Shown in pieces: positions 57,294 through 64,000 of a DNA stretch of 64,000 nt. The position numbers were made by a program, and so were the translations under genes. The stretch covers positions 11,387 through 75,386 of the forward strand of contig CAJXOS010000006.1 of assembly GCA_913057725.1 (NCBI GenBank), read 5' to 3'. How positions within the stretch are numbered: position 1 is the first letter of the stretch; every line of letters begins with the position of its first letter. The notes beneath the pieces are model-generated. The model saw only the letters and a program-made list of their open reading frames with translations, made no database searches and was not told the DNA's origin. Source of the stretch: an uncultured Lewinella sp. (GTDB lineage: Bacteria > Bacteroidota > Bacteroidia > Chitinophagales > Saprospiraceae).

Positions 57294-58466
57294 ATGGTAC
57301 CCTCAATTCGCGAACTGCGCGTGGTGGTAATTTTACCGCTGTGCCTACTACTGGGTGTTCCACATCTGCTAGGGCAAGATTTTATTTTTTCGCAGTTTTT
57401 CAATGCGCCTATGCACCTCAATCCGGCCTATGTCGGCATGAATGGGGGGCTGAGCAGCACGATTTCCTACCGTCGCCAATGGAATCAAATTCCACAAGGC
57501 TTCAATTCCCTCTATTTTTCTGTCGACAACTTCGAACCTTGTCTCCCTGGTGCTTTTGGCTTCAGCGTTGCTCGTGATGTTGAGGGGGAGGGGTTATTGA
57601 CTACTACTGCCGCCAAACTCCAATTTGGATTTGTAGCACGAGCGGATACCCGCAAATCCACTCACAACTTCCGGTTTGGCATCAGCCCCTATTGGATGGA
57701 AAAACGCATCGACTGGGATAAGCTGGTTTTTTCTGACCAACTCGACCCTCGTTTCGGCAATATCAATGCTACTGCTTTTGATCCTGGGGCACGCACACCC
57801 GTAAGTTTTGGCGGGGTGGACTTCGGTTTCATTCACCGTATCGACCTCAAGCGCAAAGGAGAAGACATCCAACTAGACTACGGAGTAGCGCTTAATAACC
57901 TCTTAAATGTCAGTTTCAACACGGGGCCAATTGAATCCCTTCAGGGCCTAGACACTGGCTTACCGCTGCGATGGACAGCCCATGGCAGTGTTTATCTCCC
58001 GTTTCTTAGTGTAGGCAATGGACAGATCAACCGTTTTCGCCTGGTCCCCCAATTCCGACTGGAGGGTCAAGGAGGGATCAACGCAACGACGGTTGGAGTC
58101 ACAGGCCTCTACCAAGGAGGAAGCATAGGACTCTTCTACCACAATGCTCACCCATTCGCAGGTTTCCAAAATACAGATGCGCTCATTGCTTACCTGGGAA
58201 TTGCATTAGACCTAGATAAAAAGCAAGCCTTGGAGTTGGGCTTCAGCTACGACATCAACATTGGTGGGTTACGCTCCGCAAGTGGTGGAGTCTTTGAGTT
58301 AAACGTCCGCTACTACATTCAAAACAGTGGGCTTTTCTGCGGCTTACTTAGCCCTGGAAGTGGTGCACGGGGTCGGAAAGGAGGCCGCGGCCGAAAAGGC
58401 AACGTACAGTGTCCGCCAGTAGGGCGAAGCCATCATCGAAGATGGAATAATATCTGGTATCGCTAG
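57294..58466 (+). CDS. PorP/SprF family T9SS membrane protein
   Basis: QDFIFSQFFNAPMHLNPAY, YRRQW, FSDQLD, GFSYDINI...SGGVFE. Confidence 0.9.
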   Translation: MVPSIRELRVVVILPLCLLLGVPHLLGQDFIFSQFFNAPMHLNPAYVGMNGGLSSTISYRRQWNQIPQGFNSLYFSVDNFEPCLPGAFGFSVARDVEGEGLLTTTAAKLQFGFVARADTRKSTHNFRFGISPYWMEKRIDWDKLVFSDQLDPRFGNINATAFDPGARTPVSFGGVDFGFIHRIDLKRKGEDIQLDYGVALNNLLNVSFNTGPIESLQGLDTGLPLRWTAHGSVYLPFLSVGNGQINRFRLVPQFRLEGQGGINATTVGVTGLYQGGSIGLFYHNAHPFAGFQNTDALIAYLGIALDLDKKQALELGFSYDINIGGLRSASGGVFELNVRYYIQNSGLFCGLLSPGSGARGRKGGRGRKGNVQCPPVGRSHHRRWNNIWYR

Positions 58467-58503
58467 CGCAAATAATCCCGTATCCCGAAAACTGTCTTTT
58501 ACC

Positions 58504-61500
58504 ATGCTACATCATCTACGAACAGTTCTTTTTATAGTCTTTTCTGCTTCCGCAACGATCGGTTCTGCTCAATGTATTACTGACGAGTGTGGCGACATTT
58601 TTGCCGACTGGGCACTCGCTAGTCAGGAAATTACCGTCTGCGAAGGAGCCACCTTTGAGGTCATCAATCAGACAGTGATGCCTGATATCGATTTCTATGT
58701 TTGGGATTGGGGAAATGGCGAACGCGATACCGTCTATGAAGTCTCCAATTACTTCTACACCTATCTTTTTGACGAAGGCACTGCCTGTTCGGCAGGTAAC
58801 GACTTCATTGTATATAACATCAGCTTGGAGATCTATCGTTTCTGTGATGAAGGGCAAAGCTGCCACACCCAGATCGCTCCTGTAGCCATTCGATTTAAAC
58901 CGCGCGCAGGTTTTGGCGCCCCTCCCATTGTCTGTGCTGGTGATACAGTAGCCATCATGAATGAAAGCTGTAATGGAGATGAATTTCTGTGGGATTTTGG
59001 CGATGGAAACACCTCGACAGACCCTAACCCTGACCACGTTTTTGATACTGCCGGAATTTATGATGTAACCCTTTACGTCACTAATTCCTGTGGAATAGAT
59101 AGCCTAAGTGTTCCTGTACAAGTACTAAACCAACCGGAAGCCAACGCCGCCGCAAACGGTAATGATGATGCCATTGGATGTGTCCCCCTAACCGTGGCAT
59201 TTGAAAACTTCTCTGCCTTCGCAGATAGTTTCGACTGGTCATTCCCTGATAGCGCTGGCGTTGTTTTCCAAGATACTTTCAGTAATCAAAGCCCGGCCCC
59301 AACCGTCACCTTTACCCAACCTGGCACATACAGTGTGAGTATGTTTGCTCAAAATGACTGCGGTAGTACGGAATGGACGACAACGGTCACTGTCCTGGAG
59401 CCCCCAACCCTAGACCTAGACCCACTTCCAGATGGCTGCGAATCTACAACACTCTCTTTGGGTGACTACCTCAACACAGGAGGTGACATCAACAGCTATT
59501 CCTGGACGGCTGTAGGCCCTGACACCCTCAACATCCCTAACGAAGAAAACCCGCTGGTCAACTTTCCGTTGCCCGGCGACTACCTGATTGAATTGACGGT
59601 GAGCAATGGTTATTGCGAACCAGCATCTGATACAAGCGCGCTATTTGTACAGCGGCCGGATACGGTGGTTTTGGAGTTGCCATCGCCCGGTCCCATCTGC
59701 GACGCCTCTGATCCAGTCTCCTTGTCTGCTTCCCCCGCAGGAGGATTCTGGACAGGGGTAGGCATCGATTCCAGTGGTGTTTTTGATCCTGCCGTTGTAG
59801 GATTAGGCACCCATAGTCTGCAATACCAAATTTTGGACGGTGCCTGTATTTACGGAGACAGCTTGAGTGTGGAGATCCTAGTTGGTCAAAGTGTAAACAC
59901 CTCAGACATGCTCACTGTATGCGAGAACGATACTATCATCAGCCTACAATTTTCACCGGAGGGTGGAAACTGGACAGGCGTCGGAATAACCGATGCTAGC
60001 CAGGGACTATTTGACCCTTCTGTGAGCGGCGCTGGTGAGTTCGACCTCAATTACGAATTGGTGGACCCAAGTGGTTGCCTGATTAGCAAATCGACAATGG
60101 CCATGGTACAGGCCCTTCCACTCATTGCTGCCCCCGATACCTCTATTTTTTGCATTGATGCCAACACCATTGAATTGCAGTCCGAGCTCATGCCTAGCGC
60201 CTCCCCAGAGGGAGGAGTGCTCAGCTGGTCCGGAGATCAAATCACAGATTCATCCAATGGTACCTTCAACACTCCCGGCGAAGGCGTATATCCTGTACAA
60301 ATCCAATACACTTTGGATGAATGCGTAGCGGAGTCGACCGTTGTTATCAATATTCAAGACCCGGATGAAGCAGTTGCTGGCCCAGATGAAAGTGTGTGCA
60401 TCAGTGAAAACAGTATCACACTCAGCGGCACCCCGGCCGGAGGGCAATGGACAGGACCCGGCGTTGTCGATGCTTTCGCAGGGACAATTGATCTCAATAT
60501 AGCAGGAAGCGGATTACACGAATACGCCTACACGCTTGCCGAAGGTAGTAGCTGCGAAGTAAGTGATACACTCGTGGTAGATGTACAAGGCCCAGGCAAC
60601 TTGGATGCCGGCCTTAACCTTGAATTCTGCGAGGGCGCCGGACAACAAGCACTACCGACTCCAACTCCAGCAGGAGGCCAGTGGTCAGGCCCTGCTATAA
60701 GTGAACCTAACCAGGGGTTGATCGACACTGACCTATTGACCTTAGACTCCGTTTACTGGTACAGCTATTCGATCAGCAACGCCAGCACAGGCTGTACATT
60801 TAGCGATAGTGTAGCGGTGCAAATACTGCCAATTCCAACAGTAAGCCTAGCACTTCCAGACTATGTATGTACAGATACCGACCTACAAATAGGCACCAAC
60901 CCACAAGAGAATATATCCTACACCTGGACCTTTAATAACGAATCTTTCAGCGGGGATTCAATTAGCCTGAATATCGCTAGCAGCGGCACTTATGATATCG
61001 TGCTGAGTGCCCAAAATTCAGCGGGCTGCATGAATTCCACGAATGACAATCTGCAAGTAGCAGCACCGCCAGCTCCGGCCTTCACTATGGACAACAACGA
61101 AGGATGTGGGCCACTGGCAGTGAATTTTGCCGATACAAGCAATGGTATCGACATGCAGTACGACTGGAATTTTGGTAATGGCCAAAGCAGTGATCAGGCT
61201 AACCCCGCTGAAATTATTTACACCCCTGGGATTTTCGACACCACCTATCTCGTGCAACTGAGTGTCAGTAATGCTTGCGGCGATGAGATCGTAGTAGACA
61301 CAGTAAATGTGTATGCACGCCCCGTAGCAGGCTTTGGCACTCCTGTAGACAATGGTTGTGGCCCACTTGAAGTTAGTTTTGCTAATGTAACCACCGGCAA
61401 TGCCGACAGTTTTTTCTGGGACTTCGGCAATGGCGAAACTTCCACTGATTCCTTGCCAAGCAACCAGATATTCACCACAACGGATACTGCAGCAACGACC

Positions 61501-63318
61501 TACAACGTCCTGCTCATTGCCACCAACGTCTGCGGAAGCGACAGTATTCAACGCCCGATCTTGGTAGAACCTAGTAACGTGACGCCCTTCTTCGGAGTAG
61601 ACGACAACCAAGGGTGCGCACCGTTTACCGTTCAATTCAGCAATTACTCTTCCTTTGGTGCCAATGTGACCTGGAATTTTGGCGACGGAATCACTTCAGC
61701 CGAAGAAAACCCTGTTCACACTTTTGACAGCGCTGGTTACTACACCGTTTATCAATACGTCAATACCGCCTGTAGCTCTGATTCAACCATGATGAATATT
61801 GAGGTACTACCAAGCCCTGATGCACTCTTTGATCACCCGGTCTCCGTATGCCCTGACCAGACAATTGCTTTCGAGAATCTATCTTCAGAGTTCTTGACGA
61901 TCTTCTGGGATTTTGGAGATGGCAATACAAGTACTGCTATCGCTCCGAAACACGTATACCAAGAGCCCGGCAACTACCCTGTAACGTTGGTTATTAGCAG
62001 TTCTGCCTTCCTGTGTCAAGCTACGCACAATAGCACAGTAGAAGTATTAGAACGCCCTAATAGTGCCATTGTGAGTGAAGGTGCAAGTGGTTGTCCTCCG
62101 TTGGATCTTTGCATGGAAGCAACATCTACCGGAGCTTCCTTTTTCGAATGGGACTTTGGCGACGAAAACAGTTCGACGAGTCTCAATCCTTGTCACACCT
62201 TTGCTGAGTCGGGGCAGTATACCGTAAGTTTCAGAGCCGCTGATGAGCAAGGATGCTTCTCCATTGCCGACACCATCAGTGTACGCGTATTTGAAGAGCC
62301 GATAGCTGACATTAGCATCGATCAAGATCTTTATTGCGGCGAAATCCAGGAAATCCCCTTCACCAACAATTCGGAAGGAGCTACCAATTACGACTGGAAT
62401 TTCAGCAACGGCTTAAGTAGTGATCTGCGTTCCCCGACCATAACGTTCACAGAGATCGGAGTACAAACAGCAGAATTAGTGGTGTCTAATACCTTCAACT
62501 GTCAGGATGAAGCCTCATTGGAGTTTACGATACTGCCTCAACCGTTGGCTGACTTCGCCCCGATCTTAGTAGATAATTGTGCACCGCAGGTAGTCGTGTT
62601 CGACAATGCCTCGCTTAACGCAACTGACTATTTCTGGGACTTTGGCAATGGAGAGTTCAGTATAGAACCCAACCCTTCTTTGGAGTACGAAGAAGCTGGA
62701 GTGTATGACGTCAGTCTACAAGTAAGTTATGAGGGACAATGCTTCGACTCTTTGCGACTAAACGGCAGCGTAGAGTTGTTAGAAAGACCAACGGCAGCAT
62801 TTAGCTGGGATATTCCGACCGATACATATCGCGGATTGGTTCGATTTACAAATGAAAGCACCAATGCAGATACATATCTCTGGAATTTTGGCGACGGAGC
62901 TACCAGCGAAGAAGTTGATCCAATTCATGACTATATCAACAATGGCAGTTGGCAGACCACATTGATAGCTCTGGCTGAAAATGGCTGCGCGGATACTGCT
63001 CTGGTAGATATCGAACCAGAATTCATGTATGACCTGTTTTTCCCGAATGCACTTTCGCCAGAGAGCGGTGAAGGAGAGGTCCGAGTGTTCAAGCCCGTAG
63101 GAGTTGGTTTGGCATCCTGGAAACTAGAGGTGTTCTCACCTTGGGGTCAACGAGTTTTCATTTCTGAGGAAATCGAAGAGGATCAACCTGCGGCAGCCTG
63201 GGATGGCCGTTATCAAGGCGAAATTCTTCCGCAAGGAGCTTATGCCTATAAGGCCACAGTCCAGTACCAAAACGGCATTCAACGCATTTATACGGGTAGT
63301 GTCACTCTAATTAGATAG
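58504..63318 (+). CDS. Large multi-PKD surface protein with gliding-motility-associated (type B) CTD
   Basis: Many W(D/N)FG(D/N)G PKD repeats, PxGGxWxG repeats, C-terminal FPNALSP...FSPWG...WDG...PQGAY...GSVTLIR. Confidence 0.9.
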   Translation: MLHHLRTVLFIVFSASATIGSAQCITDECGDIFADWALASQEITVCEGATFEVINQTVMPDIDFYVWDWGNGERDTVYEVSNYFYTYLFDEGTACSAGNDFIVYNISLEIYRFCDEGQSCHTQIAPVAIRFKPRAGFGAPPIVCAGDTVAIMNESCNGDEFLWDFGDGNTSTDPNPDHVFDTAGIYDVTLYVTNSCGIDSLSVPVQVLNQPEANAAANGNDDAIGCVPLTVAFENFSAFADSFDWSFPDSAGVVFQDTFSNQSPAPTVTFTQPGTYSVSMFAQNDCGSTEWTTTVTVLEPPTLDLDPLPDGCESTTLSLGDYLNTGGDINSYSWTAVGPDTLNIPNEENPLVNFPLPGDYLIELTVSNGYCEPASDTSALFVQRPDTVVLELPSPGPICDASDPVSLSASPAGGFWTGVGIDSSGVFDPAVVGLGTHSLQYQILDGACIYGDSLSVEILVGQSVNTSDMLTVCENDTIISLQFSPEGGNWTGVGITDASQGLFDPSVSGAGEFDLNYELVDPSGCLISKSTMAMVQALPLIAAPDTSIFCIDANTIELQSELMPSASPEGGVLSWSGDQITDSSNGTFNTPGEGVYPVQIQYTLDECVAESTVVINIQDPDEAVAGPDESVCISENSITLSGTPAGGQWTGPGVVDAFAGTIDLNIAGSGLHEYAYTLAEGSSCEVSDTLVVDVQGPGNLDAGLNLEFCEGAGQQALPTPTPAGGQWSGPAISEPNQGLIDTDLLTLDSVYWYSYSISNASTGCTFSDSVAVQILPIPTVSLALPDYVCTDTDLQIGTNPQENISYTWTFNNESFSGDSISLNIASSGTYDIVLSAQNSAGCMNSTNDNLQVAAPPAPAFTMDNNEGCGPLAVNFADTSNGIDMQYDWNFGNGQSSDQANPAEIIYTPGIFDTTYLVQLSVSNACGDEIVVDTVNVYARPVAGFGTPVDNGCGPLEVSFANVTTGNADSFFWDFGNGETSTDSLPSNQIFTTTDTAATTYNVLLIATNVCGSDSIQRPILVEPSNVTPFFGVDDNQGCAPFTVQFSNYSSFGANVTWNFGDGITSAEENPVHTFDSAGYYTVYQYVNTACSSDSTMMNIEVLPSPDALFDHPVSVCPDQTIAFENLSSEFLTIFWDFGDGNTSTAIAPKHVYQEPGNYPVTLVISSSAFLCQATHNSTVEVLERPNSAIVSEGASGCPPLDLCMEATSTGASFFEWDFGDENSSTSLNPCHTFAESGQYTVSFRAADEQGCFSIADTISVRVFEEPIADISIDQDLYCGEIQEIPFTNNSEGATNYDWNFSNGLSSDLRSPTITFTEIGVQTAELVVSNTFNCQDEASLEFTILPQPLADFAPILVDNCAPQVVVFDNASLNATDYFWDFGNGEFSIEPNPSLEYEEAGVYDVSLQVSYEGQCFDSLRLNGSVELLERPTAAFSWDIPTDTYRGLVRFTNESTNADTYLWNFGDGATSEEVDPIHDYINNGSWQTTLIALAENGCADTALVDIEPEFMYDLFFPNALSPESGEGEVRVFKPVGVGLASWKLEVFSPWGQRVFISEEIEEDQPAAAWDGRYQGEILPQGAYAYKATVQYQNGIQRIYTGSVTLIR

Positions 63319-63425
63319 GCACAAATCAACATTTATATCAAATTTCGTGCCAAAATGATAAACGGAATAATTACGTGTATAAAATCCGTAAAAGCGAAAA
63401 TTAACGAATTTTTTTCGCCACATAG

Positions 63426-63456
63426 TTTGGTTTATTGCCCAATGTCTTTATCTTTG
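63426..63456 (+). promoter_or_regulatory. sigma-A promoter of the second porP/sprF gene
   Basis: TTTG-N19-TATCTTTG consensus match. Confidence 0.65.
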
Positions 63457-63814
63457 AATTAACCTGAGAACGTACACTGGGTTTTCAGGTCCTTCCCCAT
63501 GGACAACAAAAGCAACTAGGCAACACAAGAATACCTAGCTTTATTAGCGTCCTCGGTTATTACGATTAAGTGAGTTCAACATTATTGGAATAGGTATTAG
63601 CACATTCAGCTCGGAATGGTCATTCGGGTTATGAGGCTATTCATTTAGCATCAAACTACTCGGTCTCCCCTGCCATCCATACTGACGCTTTATTAGGGTT
63701 TGGTGTATCCAGACTCAAGGTGATCGGTATGTATTGACATTAGCTTACTGGATTAAAAACCGCTGGTAGCTTTATGTCTTTTTTGGGCTCGCTGATCCCA
63801 AAAATCGACTTCAA

Positions 63815-64000
63815 ATGGTACACTTGACTCAAATGCTGCGCATAGCAGCTATGGTAGCCGTATGCTGGCTACTAACCAACCAACCTACACTAAGGGGACA
63901 AGATTTTATCTTTTCACAGTTCTTTAATGCGCCATTGCATTTAAATCCAGCCTATGTTGGTATTAATGGCGGCCTAACTGGAACGGTGAGCTACCGCCGC
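63815..64000 (+). CDS. Second PorP/SprF family protein (5' part; runs off the window)
   Basis: Manual translation MVHLTQMLRIAAMVAVCWLLTNQPTLRGQDFIFSQFFNAPLHLNPAYVGINGGLTGTVSYRR, nearly identical to the mature N-terminus of 57294..58466. Confidence 0.88.
   Translation, partial: MVHLTQMLRIAAMVAVCWLLTNQPTLRGQDFIFSQFFNAPLHLNPAYVGINGGLTGTVSYRR

Noticed and set aside
58504-63318. Internal repeats as a diversity-generating or recombination cassette
   Set aside because: The PKD repeats are diverged at DNA level; no reverse transcriptase, recombinase or template/variable repeat pair is visible.

Overview
Gene-dense chromosomal window from a Bacteroidota genome, probably Saprospiraceae/Lewinella-like. 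This is inferred from TAnnTTTG promoter elements, T9SS genes (porQ, two porP/sprF paralogs, type A and type B CTD cargo) and a SusC/SusD pair. Content is mostly housekeeping and envelope genes (ugd, rpsF-rpsR-rplI, ybeY, speB, ppgK, MscS, cyclophilins), three ECF sigma loci and one two-component system. I saw no rRNA, tRNA, CRISPR array or transposase. Strongest leads: (1) A CAZyme-free uptake locus, DUF2064/TIGR04282-like - SusC - SusD - Na+/solute symporter - atypical Cys-rich metallophosphoesterase. Its first gene ends in an RGPP ribosome-arrest-like motif followed by a spacer that can form alternative RNA helices, suggesting nascent-chain control of SusCD. (2) A histidine kinase with a Cys-rich sensor domain and an OmpR-type regulator, divergent from a secreted CxPxxC-repeat protein, with four 11-bp-phased direct repeats next to that gene's promoter. 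(3) A helical/TPR-like protein divergent from a complete mini transcription unit encoding a possible 22-aa peptide. (4) An unannotated ~140-nt rod-shaped RNA candidate. All calls come from reading motifs by eye; no searches were run.
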